A stretch of 64,000 nt of DNA, taken from the IMG/VR virus record IMGVR_UViG_3300027816_000057, one strand, 5' to 3'. This document shows positions 1 through 8,665 of the stretch, piece by piece. Position numbers and translations under genes: made by a program. Within the stretch, counting starts at the first letter, position 1. The number at the start of each line of letters is the position of its first letter. Source of the stretch: a virus. Below the pieces are notes generated by a model. That model made no database searches, was not told the DNA's origin, and was given only the letters and a program-made list of their open reading frames with translations.

Positions 1-17
1 CGGGTCCAGAACCGGGA

Positions 18-221
18 ATGTGTAGAGGTTTAGGACATTTAGAGCCTTTTATTTTTTACGGCGTAAAAGCACAGTCTTATTGTACGCTGTGTAACGGAAG
101 CGGAGAATATAAAGAACAGACAACGCTTGTTCAACAAGAAAATGATAAAGTATCTAGTATTAAATTAAGTTCTTGGAACTCGCTAAGAATGAATGTTATT
201 GAACCGCCGGACTTAGTATAA
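18..221 (+). CDS. DnaJ-type zinc-ribbon small protein (may begin before the window)
   Basis: CRGLG and CTLCNGSG motifs; the stop codon lies inside tRNA-Trp. Confidence 0.5.
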   Translation: MCRGLGHLEPFIFYGVKAQSYCTLCNGSGEYKEQTTLVQQENDKVSSIKLSSWNSLRMNVIEPPDLV

Positions 222-277
222 TGGTAGTATAATTGATTCCAAATCAATAGGTGTAGGTTCGATTCCTCCAGTCCGGA
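207..277 (+). tRNA. tRNA-Trp(CCA), no encoded CCA end
   Basis: Acceptor CCGGACT/AGTCCGG; anticodon arm ATTGA-TTCCAAA-TCAAT; T-loop TTCGATT. Confidence 0.85.
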
Positions 278-279
278 TT

Positions 280-522
280 ATGAAAATTATTCAACTTTAT
301 GACATAGGAAAAGAAGACAGAGCTACTACCGCGTTATATATAGATTCACAATTAGTTATGTTTGGTGATTACTATCATGATAAAATACATTATAAAATTG
401 CTGGATTTACTATAGCTTTAAAATACATGAAAGTAGAATTTTCATTTAAAGAATATAAATACGAAGAAGAATCTGAAGACGGTATTCCTCCAGATGTTTT
501 ACCGGAAAAATATAATAAATAA
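280..522 (+). CDS. hypothetical protein
   Basis: ORF; ATG 2 nt after the tRNA-Trp discriminator. Confidence 0.7.
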   Translation: MKIIQLYDIGKEDRATTALYIDSQLVMFGDYYHDKIHYKIAGFTIALKYMKVEFSFKEYKYEEESEDGIPPDVLPEKYNK

Positions 523-523
523 T

Positions 524-811
524 ATGCCAAAATTCATAGAAAAACCTAAACAAGTAATTGCTCATCAATGGTTTCCGCCGGGACATGAAAAGCATGATCC
601 TTCTATATTAAGTGAATACGGATATGAAGTAGGAAAAGTATATACGTCGTGGTCTGATTTATATTGCGTTGATCTCGGTGAGGGGGAGACTGAAATTTTA
701 CCGGGATATTGGATTGTAGAGTCATACGACTATTATGAAGGTATAAATCGTTATGTTCTTTTAAGAGACGCTCAATTTAAAGAAATGTATGAACGGGTTA
801 CGGAAAAATGA
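524..811 (+). CDS. hypothetical phage protein
   Basis: ORF; start refined to MPKFIEKPK. Confidence 0.65.
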   Translation: MPKFIEKPKQVIAHQWFPPGHEKHDPSILSEYGYEVGKVYTSWSDLYCVDLGEGETEILPGYWIVESYDYYEGINRYVLLRDAQFKEMYERVTEK

Positions 812-1284
812 ATAAAGAAAAACTAAAAAACCGAGACGACGTTGTAAGAGATACTTTTAATCATATTAAAAGAGTTGGTACATTATTAATGGAGATAGTT
901 ACGGATTTACAAAAAAGAGCTATTAACCACGATACATCTAAATTTTCTGAATCAGAATTTCCTTACTTTGCCGAGGAAACCCCAAAGCTAAAGAATCTTG
1001 TATATGATTCTGACGAATATAAACAGTCCATAAAAAATCTTGGACCTGCATTAGAACATCATTATTCTTGGAACGATCATCATCCAGAGTATCATAAAAA
1101 TGGTATTAAGGATATGAATTTAATTCAATTACTAGAACTATTATCTGATTGGCGGGCGGCTAGCGAAAGACATGCGGGAGGAAGTTTAAATTCATCTATT
1201 GATAAAAACGCGGCACGCTTTGGATATGATGATAATATGATTAATCTGCTTAAAAATACCGCTAAGTATTTGGGGTGGATTTAG
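808..1284 (+). CDS. HD-like metal-binding protein (DUF5662-like)
   Basis: HDTSKF, HHYSWNDHHPE and DWRAASER motifs. Confidence 0.7.
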   Translation: MNKEKLKNRDDVVRDTFNHIKRVGTLLMEIVTDLQKRAINHDTSKFSESEFPYFAEETPKLKNLVYDSDEYKQSIKNLGPALEHHYSWNDHHPEYHKNGIKDMNLIQLLELLSDWRAASERHAGGSLNSSIDKNAARFGYDDNMINLLKNTAKYLGWI

Positions 1285-1292
1285 GATAACAA

Positions 1293-1523
1293 ATGGCAGA
1301 AATTAAACAACGTCTTATGGATATATCCGCTAACTGTAGAGCAAAAGGAATGACTCATGCAGAAAACGCAATACTTGACGGTTTAGATTATATTAGACTT
1401 TTAGAATTAATAATAATCCGTACAGACGCATTAAATAAAATTAAAGATGAATCATCGGAAGATATATTAACTCTTCCCCATCTTTGTAAATTAATTAAAG
1501 GATATAATGAAAAAGCCAAATGA
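1293..1523 (+). CDS. hypothetical protein
   Basis: ORF in a tight operon, AGGA SD. Confidence 0.6.
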   Translation: MAEIKQRLMDISANCRAKGMTHAENAILDGLDYIRLLELIIIRTDALNKIKDESSEDILTLPHLCKLIKGYNEKAK

Positions 1524-1875
1524 AGTAGATATTAATAAAAATAAAAACGAGATTCTACGATATAGATTAAATAATATAGAATATGATTTTAATTATCGTC
1601 TTAAGGAGATTTTAAAATATCCATTTGAATATTCTATCGCTCATCATAGAGATGGTACAGACTTACCAGTTATCTCTTTATTTTTAGAAAGACTAAAAGA
1701 AAACGGATGGTTCGCAAAAGAACTACGTTCATCTTATATCACTATTCTCCTAATCTCTGATAAAGAGAGTGATATCTTAGAAACTGAAACAGATAAAAAA
1801 CCAAAACCTGCTAAAAAATCATTTGTCGAAAAATGTATGGAATATTGTTTTGGACCGCACCATCATGGTTATTAA
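1507..1875 (+). CDS. hypothetical protein
   Basis: ORF overlapping the previous stop. Confidence 0.6.
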   Translation: MKKPNEVDINKNKNEILRYRLNNIEYDFNYRLKEILKYPFEYSIAHHRDGTDLPVISLFLERLKENGWFAKELRSSYITILLISDKESDILETETDKKPKPAKKSFVEKCMEYCFGPHHHGY

Positions 1876-1922
1876 CGGGAATTATTTCACCGGGGCGGTG
1901 AAACTGAGGTAAGGAGTAAATA

Positions 1923-2180
1923 ATGGCGACCGGCGACTGGTACATAGACTCACTACGAAAATCCGGTAAGAGTGAAAGTACTTATAATTTAATTGAAACA
2001 ATTCGACAAATGAATGAGTATATTATTCGCCTTGAAGTAGAGAATAAAGCTTTACGAAAGGCGTGCGAAAAAATTAGAAACGAGTGGACATCAAAGCATA
2101 TTGCAAAGACCGCTTTGGATTTTGCGGTTGTAGAAGCTATTTTAGCTCTTGGTGATTTTCCTAGTCGCGATCGCCTATAG
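1923..2180 (+). CDS. hypothetical coiled-coil protein
   Basis: TAAGGAG SD; ORF. Confidence 0.65.
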   Translation: MATGDWYIDSLRKSGKSESTYNLIETIRQMNEYIIRLEVENKALRKACEKIRNEWTSKHIAKTALDFAVVEAILALGDFPSRDRL

Positions 2181-2203
2181 AGAAACTTCATTAAGTGCCA
2201 GAT

Positions 2204-2289
2204 TTGTCACGATTCTTGTCGCGATTCATTTTTTACAACAGTTATAGGACTATAATTGCGACACTTTGTCGCGATTTCTGTCGCGATTC
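2204..2289. repeat. two tandem pairs of a 12-mer, consensus TTGTCGCGATTC
   Basis: Copies at 2204, 2216, 2266 and 2278 flanking TATAAT at 2251. Confidence 0.75.
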
Positions 2290-2319
2290 GATTTGGGAAA
2301 ATATGAAAGAAAGTTTAAT

Positions 2320-2697
2320 ATGAAATTGATCGTTGGTAAAAAATATTATTTTCAAACGGATAGTGGCCCTCCGTCTGGTAATTTACACAGCGGAATTCTC
2401 TCTGATTTTAGAAAGCTGACGAGGGGAGAAATAAATCGTTTTAAATTACCCATATACGAAACCTGTTTGCCGGGCGATATTATAATGAAATGGAAAAATA
2501 TAAAAGGTTTATTAGACAAAACCGATCCAGATATAGAAGCAAACGAGTGGTGTCACGAAGAGGACTTAATTATTTATAAATCTTTGAGTCACGCCAAGAA
2601 TAAATTAAAAAAAGAATATAAACGAGAAATAAAAGAAGCTAAGGAAGATATTGATAAACGAATTATATTATTAGACAAACTTAATTCCATAATATAG
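2320..2697 (+). CDS. hypothetical protein
   Basis: Start refined to MKLIVGKK. Confidence 0.6.
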   Translation: MKLIVGKKYYFQTDSGPPSGNLHSGILSDFRKLTRGEINRFKLPIYETCLPGDIIMKWKNIKGLLDKTDPDIEANEWCHEEDLIIYKSLSHAKNKLKKEYKREIKEAKEDIDKRIILLDKLNSII

Positions 2698-2814
2698 TTT
2701 ATTTCTATAAGTCCTCTTTTGCTTGATCCGACCCAACCCCAAAAGCCCTTTAAACCGCCCCTAATAAATTTTTAAAGTCAAACGGTGGCGTGCACGTTTT
2801 AGAGGCAAACATTT

Positions 2815-3027
2815 ATGGTAGACAAATGTAGTCAATGTCAGGGGACGGGTTGTAATCGTTCTTTGCCTCCAATGACAAAATATATGTGGCGAGCTTGTTC
2901 TAAATGTGACGGGTCGGGATTTTTACCGATATTATCAGGATGGGTTCCGGGTAAAACGTCGGCTATATATCAAAGACAAAAAGACGGATCAATTATTTGG
3001 GCGGGTAAAATCAAGGTTTATGTTTAA
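2815..3027 (+). CDS. DnaJ-type zinc-ribbon small protein
   Basis: CSQCQGTG and CSKCDGSG. Confidence 0.65.
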   Translation: MVDKCSQCQGTGCNRSLPPMTKYMWRACSKCDGSGFLPILSGWVPGKTSAIYQRQKDGSIIWAGKIKVYV

Positions 3028-3570
3028 ATTGTTCTGTAATTAAGTCCTCTAATTTTTATCGCTATCAACCTTATTTTAAAAAATACATAGAGTAAAAGAT
3101 AGAGATAGAGAGATAGTAGTTTAAGTACTCTAATTTTATAGGAGGGGTTAATGTGCGTATCAGCATCCCACCCCCGGTTTCGCACCCCGAAAGGCATTAC
3201 CGATCCACCCAACAATACCCGTACACCCTACCGAATAGTTCGTAAGTGTAGTAGTAGCAAGGGTTTACAGATTTTTTCGTCGATTCGTTCCGTTTTCTTG
3301 TTTCTTTCCTTGCATCGTTCCGATATATCGGGTAGACTTGTGTATCGGGTTGGGATTGACAAGTGAATATCAAGGAAAGGATTCGGATGCGATCCAATCG
3401 GGTACGCTCTAGAATCTTTCCGGTATACGTTTGGGCGGGTTTTCACCTTCAACCAAACGATATACAAACAACAAACGACTATCGACGTATAGGTAGAAAT
3501 ACCTATATGTCTGTTCCGAGTTTGTACCCTTCTCGATTCTAAGGGTACGGTAGTCTGTTAGGAGATTGTT

Positions 3571-4194
3571 ATGCTTCTTGAATCCTTCATCGCGTCGTTT
3601 GGTAAGAAGTCGGGATTTGATCGGGTTGTGGCCGATGCTAGTCGTCGGGCTTGTGTTCGTGCTAACATTATGCGTTCGTCGCCGATTTCGGACGAATGTC
3701 TGGAAGAAGTTATTGCTGATTGTTCGGCTGACGTTCGGCTCCGCATCGTTGAACGTTTCGACTATGATTCATCCAAGGGTTCGGGTTCTACTTGGGTCAA
3801 TGCTATCGCATGGTTTATCGGTTCGAATCTTGTTCGGGATGCGGTCGGGGAGTCAGCCTCTACCGTCCGGAATGTCCATTCCGATTCAGAATGCCGTCCG
3901 GGACAAGCTTGGGACCGATTGATTCACGATCACGGTATCAAGGATACCCGATCGGGCACCGATCCGGACATGGCGGATCGTCAGATCGATACGATCTCGG
4001 ATTCCGTCCGAGACAATCCGAGAATGTCCGAGTTTGTTCGGATCGCTCGCGAAGAGTACACCAAAGACTCTAGTGCAGGCGTCAAGGGTAGAATTGCGGA
4101 GCGTTTGGGGGTTTCCAACGCCCAAGTCAGCCACTATCTGAACGGATTGGCTGAAATGATTGATTCGACTACGCTTGCCGAATCGGTAGCGTAA
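3571..4194 (+). CDS. sigma-70 family RNA polymerase sigma factor-like protein
   Basis: Region-2-like ERFDYDSSKGSGSTWV; C-terminal HTH IAERLGVSNAQVSHYL; TAGGAG SD. Confidence 0.7.
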   Translation: MLLESFIASFGKKSGFDRVVADASRRACVRANIMRSSPISDECLEEVIADCSADVRLRIVERFDYDSSKGSGSTWVNAIAWFIGSNLVRDAVGESASTVRNVHSDSECRPGQAWDRLIHDHGIKDTRSGTDPDMADRQIDTISDSVRDNPRMSEFVRIAREEYTKDSSAGVKGRIAERLGVSNAQVSHYLNGLAEMIDSTTLAESVA

Positions 4195-4277
4195 ACAAAT
4201 AGGATAGGCTAACCGAAGGGTTAGTCTAGCCTTTCCCGTAGTTTGCAATAGGGTAGACTATGGTAGGAGTTTGGATT

Positions 4278-4634
4278 ATGAAGGATCGTTATACTAACGT
4301 CGATACCATTATCTCGGATTCCGAAACCTATAACGGTTTCAAGTATTCTGACAAGAAAGTGAAGTTTGTTAAGTCGCGATTCTTGGGGGCATCCCAAGAA
4401 GAATGTATGGATTCGGTTTATCGTCGGCTGATTCTTTCCGTACCGATCGGTGAAACCGATAAGTCTATCCGGTCAATCGGGCGAACATTAGGGTTTGTTG
4501 TGGATGGTCGCTCGTGTCGGCATGAACATGATTGTTGCGGGTGCTATTTCGGCGGACCCGCTACCATTGTCCGGAATCGTGCGGGTGATAAGGATATCGT
4601 TATCCTTGAAGAAGGTTTTTCTCGGAATGTCTAG
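4278..4634 (+). CDS. hypothetical protein with CxHxHDCCGC motif
   Basis: TAGGAG SD; start refined to MKDRY. Confidence 0.65.
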   Translation: MKDRYTNVDTIISDSETYNGFKYSDKKVKFVKSRFLGASQEECMDSVYRRLILSVPIGETDKSIRSIGRTLGFVVDGRSCRHEHDCCGCYFGGPATIVRNRAGDKDIVILEEGFSRNV

Positions 4635-4715
4635 TCTTTTCGCTATTCTTGTCCGAAGGGACGGGAATAGTTTTCAACCCCGATACAATAGGGTGTCGGC
4701 TTAGGAGTTTGTGCC

Positions 4716-4964
4716 ATGCGGGTTATTCACGTCGCGTATTATAAGGACGGACACTACGGTTTGTGGTCCGATATGAAGGTATCCATTTCCGATAATGGGG
4801 AATACCGAACCAAGTCGGCACCCGATGAAGTCTATCCTGATTTGCATCAGGCTATCCTAGTCGCCGAAGGCTACGATTCCCCTGAATGTCCGGTTATCGT
4901 CGAATTGTCCGACCCTTGCCAGATTCTTGCGTTTGGACTCGATCTTTCCGATATCAAGGAGTGA
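4716..4964 (+). CDS. hypothetical protein
   Basis: TAGGAG SD; GATACAAT upstream. Confidence 0.65.
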   Translation: MRVIHVAYYKDGHYGLWSDMKVSISDNGEYRTKSAPDEVYPDLHQAILVAEGYDSPECPVIVELSDPCQILAFGLDLSDIKE

Positions 4965-4968
4965 TGCG

Positions 4969-5121
4969 ATGCATATCAAGATTCTACCGTCTTCCGTTTG
5001 TTTCAACTCGTTCGGCGGACGTTTCCGGTTTTCGGATTTGCCCGCATCGACCCGAAAGGCAATCCGGTATTGGTATCGTACCGCAGGCTATCATCCTACT
5101 TGGTCGGTCGTTACCCTCTAA
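4969..5121 (+). CDS. hypothetical protein
   Basis: AAGGAG SD; MHIKILPSS; followed by a terminator. Confidence 0.5.
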   Translation: MHIKILPSSVCFNSFGGRFRFSDLPASTRKAIRYWYRTAGYHPTWSVVTL

Positions 5122-5130
5122 CAAATACCT

Positions 5131-5157
5131 AACCCTCGCAACGTGCGGGGGTTTTTT
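5131..5157 (+). terminator. intrinsic terminator
   Basis: CCCTCGC/GCGGGGG hairpin plus T-run. Confidence 0.75.
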
Positions 5158-5166
5158 CGTTTCTAT

Positions 5167-5310
5167 AGTCCTCATTTTTACGCTTTTTTAAGCAATAATA
5201 CGAAATTAAAATAAATAGTCAGCCGCTCTAAAAATGTGGCAATCCCCGATATAATCTTATGACCGCTTACAGCGTGAAACTACTTTAGCTACTTTGTAAA
5301 AAATATATTT
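5167..5310 (+). repeat. intergenic module AGTCCTCATTTT...AAGCAATAAT...AGTC...TAAA-GATATAAT-N5-GAC
   Basis: Related copies start at 5167, 6191, 8518, 13675 and 16211. Confidence 0.75.
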
Positions 5311-5324
5311 ATTTGCCCAACAAC

Positions 5325-5351
5325 TTAAAATAAAAAAATTGCCGATATAAT
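5325..5351 (+). promoter_or_regulatory. class I phage promoter TTAAA-N-GATATAAT (representative of about 50 copies)
   Basis: TTAAAA-N15-TATAAT with ATG 5 nt downstream; same motif before dozens of genes. Confidence 0.8.
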
Positions 5352-5356
5352 AAAGC

Positions 5357-5641
5357 ATGGAACCGCAAGTTGACGACATTATCCGAATCGCGGATCGGCC
5401 AATTTCCGAAAAACTTCTTCCGGGCGATGATTTCTCGGATAGTGGTTATCCGGGTAGTCAATTCCGGATTCTTGCAAACGGAGGATTGGGTCCGATTATA
5501 TCCGTGGCGGTCAATGTTAAGATAACCGGAAAAAAGACGGTTATGTATAACGGAGCCTGCTGGCTGCGTTGTCAAATTGAGTTTGTGGGGGATTGTGAAC
5601 CCTCTACATTCTGTCACGGTTTCATTAAACAACGATTCTAA
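5357..5641 (+). CDS. hypothetical protein (leaderless)
   Basis: GATATAAT-N5-ATG. Confidence 0.7.
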   Translation: MEPQVDDIIRIADRPISEKLLPGDDFSDSGYPGSQFRILANGGLGPIISVAVNVKITGKKTVMYNGACWLRCQIEFVGDCEPSTFCHGFIKQRF

Positions 5642-5656
5642 TAGGATAGAATAAGT

Positions 5657-6001
5657 ATGGGATATTCTTATACCGTTAAGGCTGGACATTCCTACGATTA
5701 CATGCTTTCAATCCTGCGGGCGAATGAGCCTTCCGATGGTCCGTGTAACCAATGGACGTACAAAGGGCAGAAGTATTTTGAGGAGTCTAGTCGCCGCGAA
5801 CATGCAGACGGTAGGATTACGTCAACGGTATACCGAACCGATGCTAATAATCTCTGCCAAAAGGTCGGCGGTATTCTGATTTCGGCGGATGGTACGGTAG
5901 TCCGTTGGCCGACAAGTTCTGCGGGGCTACGAAAAGCTGCTAAAGATTTCTCGGACGCTAAAACTCAACTTCATCTTCCTATGAAACGGTTTGTTGGTTA
6001 A
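5657..6001 (+). CDS. hypothetical protein (leaderless)
   Basis: GATAGAAT-N4-ATG. Confidence 0.7.
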   Translation: MGYSYTVKAGHSYDYMLSILRANEPSDGPCNQWTYKGQKYFEESSRREHADGRITSTVYRTDANNLCQKVGGILISADGTVVRWPTSSAGLRKAAKDFSDAKTQLHLPMKRFVG

Positions 6002-6029
6002 GAACTTTCTTTGTAAGATATAATAACGT

Positions 6030-6186
6030 AATGGTGGTTTCAAGGTTTAGACCATAATCGGGGACGTAGCTGCTCTACCGACAAAAACCGAAAAAAGATA
6101 GGACACAATAGGGTTCGATTCCCGTGCTGGTAGCTGAGTGTTCTATAACTTTTCGGGTGCCGCGTTCCCTGCGGTGCCCGTTTTTT
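6030..6186 (+). ncRNA. candidate small RNA
   Basis: GATATAAT at 6017; only an 8-codon ORF; GGGTTCGATTCCC T-loop-like hairpin; strong terminator at 6154-6186. Confidence 0.45.
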
Positions 6187-6407
6187 ATTTAGTCCTCATT
6201 CTTACAAATTTTAAGCAATAATAGAAAATAGTTTTTCGTAGTCAGTGGATTAAATAATACGGGCGGCAAGATATAATATAGTGACTATGGCGTGATATAA
6301 TCTATTTAACTTATTTTGTAAAATATATTTTTATTGTTGCAATGAATTAAAAAGAAACCCCGTGAGGATATAATAGAGAGTACCCAACCTCAACTCGAAA
6401 GGTTATC

Positions 6408-6578
6408 ATGGACGAATTTGATTGTACGGACGAAATTCAGTGTGAGGAATTTTACGATGATTCAACCCTTGATGATTGGGAGGACGATCGAGAGGATAGT
6501 TTTCCGGATTGGTCCGATGCTGAATTCGATGAAACCGATCCGCACGATGATTATGATCCGTCCGATGGTAACTTTTAG
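6408..6578 (+). CDS. hyperacidic 56-aa protein (not in ORF track)
   Basis: GAAAGG SD; MDEFDCTDEIQCEEFYDD...; 26 of 56 residues D/E. Confidence 0.7.
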   Translation: MDEFDCTDEIQCEEFYDDSTLDDWEDDREDSFPDWSDAEFDETDPHDDYDPSDGNF

Positions 6579-6683
6579 TGTCGTCACTTAAATTGGTCCG
6601 GAATTGGGTAAGATAGAGAAAATATAGCTGACATAAGAAAACAGCCGAAGGCTCCTCTACGCCAATTTAAGTTCATTCCTTGG

Positions 6684-6712
6684 AAATCCCGGTGTATGCC
6701 GGGATTTTCGTT
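6684..6712 (+). terminator. intrinsic terminator
   Basis: AAATCCCGG/CCGGGATTT hairpin plus T-rich tail. Confidence 0.7.
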
Positions 6713-6750
6713 TACTGATTAAATTTCTCAATCGACGGATATAATAAAGT

Positions 6751-7065
6751 ATGGAAAACTACGATGCTGTTCTGGCTGAATTCTTGATTGTTCATCAGAA
6801 AAAGATTGGCGATTACTACGCTGAACACTTTAAGAATTTGACGCCGGAAAATTTGGAAATTCGTAGCGGCAGCCGATATGATAGGATTGTGAGAGTTGGT
6901 AACGGTGCTGGAAACGGTTCAGCTTGGGCTTTTATCGACCGAACAAACGGCGATATTCTGAAGCCTGCTAGCTATAAGGCTCCCGCCAAACATGCCCGAG
7001 GAAACCTTTTTAACCGCGAATCTTGGGAAAAGATTACCGCATACGGTCCTCCATATCTAAAGTAA
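6751..7065 (+). CDS. conserved phage protein (leaderless)
   Basis: GDILKPASYKAPAKHARGN motif common in phage proteins. Confidence 0.75.
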   Translation: MENYDAVLAEFLIVHQKKIGDYYAEHFKNLTPENLEIRSGSRYDRIVRVGNGAGNGSAWAFIDRTNGDILKPASYKAPAKHARGNLFNRESWEKITAYGPPYLK

Positions 7066-7068
7066 TTT

Positions 7069-7090
7069 AAGGGGTTTAATCCCCTTTTTT
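7069..7090 (+). terminator. intrinsic terminator
   Basis: AAGGGG/CCCCTT plus T-run. Confidence 0.75.
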
Positions 7091-7166
7091 ATTTGCATAA
7101 TCTAATCAAATATATTTTATCGTTCCAATGAATTAAAAAATAACATACATAAGGATAGAATATAGC

Positions 7167-7403
7167 ATGTTTATTATCTTTCGCAAAGTTACTAGCGTTA
7201 AAGATCACTATTCTAGATCAATTAACGTTGGTCCCTGTAGTATCGAATTTAAGAAAATGATTTACACTGTCAAAGATAATAATTTGGCAGTCGGTATTTT
7301 TCCTGAAGAAACCGATCGTATGCCGATTATTGTTTTTAATCCAACTGTTGATTTTGAAATCTCAGAAACTTGTCCCGACGATATCGGTTTGGTTAATTTC
7401 TAG
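7167..7403 (+). CDS. hypothetical protein (leaderless)
   Basis: GATAGAAT-N5-ATG. Confidence 0.65.
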   Translation: MFIIFRKVTSVKDHYSRSINVGPCSIEFKKMIYTVKDNNLAVGIFPEETDRMPIIVFNPTVDFEISETCPDDIGLVNF

Positions 7404-7425
7404 GCATCCAAGGATATAATAGGAC

Positions 7426-7602
7426 ATGGAAAAGATCAAAACTCAAGAAGAAATTATCCAAGAAGGATATCAGGCTTTCGTGGATGCTTTGAATATTGAT
7501 GATTGTCCGTATAAAACTAATGAAAATATGTCGGCTTGGAAAAAGGGTTATACCGAAGCCGAAAATGATTATTTCGATGCTTTGGACCAAGATTACGCTT
7601 AA
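7426..7602 (+). CDS. RMF/CrpP-fold-like 58-aa protein (not in ORF track)
   Basis: EGYQAF-x7-CPY-x7-AWKKGYTEA matches the RMF pattern GYQA...CPY...W..G; GATATAAT-N5-ATG. Confidence 0.6.
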   Translation: MEKIKTQEEIIQEGYQAFVDALNIDDCPYKTNENMSAWKKGYTEAENDYFDALDQDYA

Positions 7603-7630
7603 ATATGCCATAGGCAGGATATAATAGACT

Positions 7631-7846
7631 ATGCCAAAAGCACTTGAATTGAAGCCGGGAACGAAGTTTCGACTTAAGATGCCCGGTATTAGGGATGTTG
7701 TTTACATCCGCCCGGAAGTAGTTTCTGATGGTCCGGTATTGTGGGTGGATAATGGAAAACTTTACTGTTCTTGTATGGGCAACTTTCAGACATACTTTTC
7801 CGACAATCCCGAAGTGATTGTAACCGACGAAAAAATCACGATCTAG
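7631..7846 (+). CDS. hypothetical protein (leaderless)
   Basis: GATATAAT-N5-ATG. Confidence 0.7.
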   Translation: MPKALELKPGTKFRLKMPGIRDVVYIRPEVVSDGPVLWVDNGKLYCSCMGNFQTYFSDNPEVIVTDEKITI

Positions 7847-7861
7847 ACGATACAATAATGT

Positions 7862-8002
7862 AGTACCGGGTCTGCATCCTGAACAAAATAAAGGAAACCA
7901 AAACCCGACTGAATAGTTATTGGCGGTTTTCTCTGGTCCGCCGTTATATCACCAAAACCGGGAATCCATGTCTGCTCGGTATGAAAATACCGGGCGGATT
8001 TT
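7862..8002 (+). ncRNA. candidate small RNA
   Basis: GATACAAT at 7849; no credible ORF; terminator-like hairpin at 7971-8002. Confidence 0.4.
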
Positions 8003-8055
8003 AGACGGTCGCCCAATACGTCGTAAAAATCTACCATCTAAGGATACAATAAACC

Positions 8056-8328
8056 ATGCCAAAGAATCCCCAACCATCCGCAATTATTATCTACAAATCT
8101 AGTGAAGTGTTTGAGGATGCTCATTCTTCTGATATGGACTTGGAGAATCCACACAACATTTTTGGTCAATTAAATAGGGACGGAGGATATAATTGGGGAG
8201 GGAATGATAAAACTCTTGTGGCTGTGCATTGGGTAGAAAATTACATTAACGCGAATGATCTTTCAACGAACGATCGGCAGCGTTTGCGTAGTTTGCCAGA
8301 ATCGGCCTACATTGATCTTGAAAATTAG
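8056..8328 (+). CDS. hypothetical protein (leaderless)
   Basis: GATACAAT-N5-ATG. Confidence 0.7.
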   Translation: MPKNPQPSAIIIYKSSEVFEDAHSSDMDLENPHNIFGQLNRDGGYNWGGNDKTLVAVHWVENYINANDLSTNDRQRLRSLPESAYIDLEN

Positions 8329-8351
8329 CCTACGGCAGGATATAATAGATT

Positions 8352-8501
8352 ATGAAAGTTATTATCTATACATTCTTTGGTAAGGTTCTAAAGGAATTCC
8401 CCGTTCCTGATAATCAAACGCACCATGCAACATTTGAGGAAGCTAGAGAGTGGGCACTTTCTAATTTAGATTTCAATAAGTGGTGGATTCGAGTAGACTG
8501 A
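8352..8501 (+). CDS. 49-aa hypothetical protein (leaderless, not in ORF track)
   Basis: GATATAAT-N5-ATG; MKVIIYTFFG... Confidence 0.6.
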   Translation: MKVIIYTFFGKVLKEFPVPDNQTHHATFEEAREWALSNLDFNKWWIRVD

Positions 8502-8665
8502 GGGGCTTTAATTCCAAAGTCCTCATTTTTGCATTTTTTAGCATAAATTAGTAATTACTTTTTGACAGTCGGCAACTTAAATAATTGCGGCGGCGGATAT
8601 AATATATTGACTGTTGTTGTAAAAAACAAAGCAAAATAAAAAGCGTATCGCTACGCCTTTGTTTT

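Noticed and set aside
3356-3385. Canonical sigma-70 promoter at TTGACA
   Set aside because: No acceptable -10 hexamer at 16-18 bp spacing.
3151-3467. Overlapping ORFs on both strands
   Set aside because: No SD or promoter support; hairpin-rich sequence more consistent with non-coding DNA.
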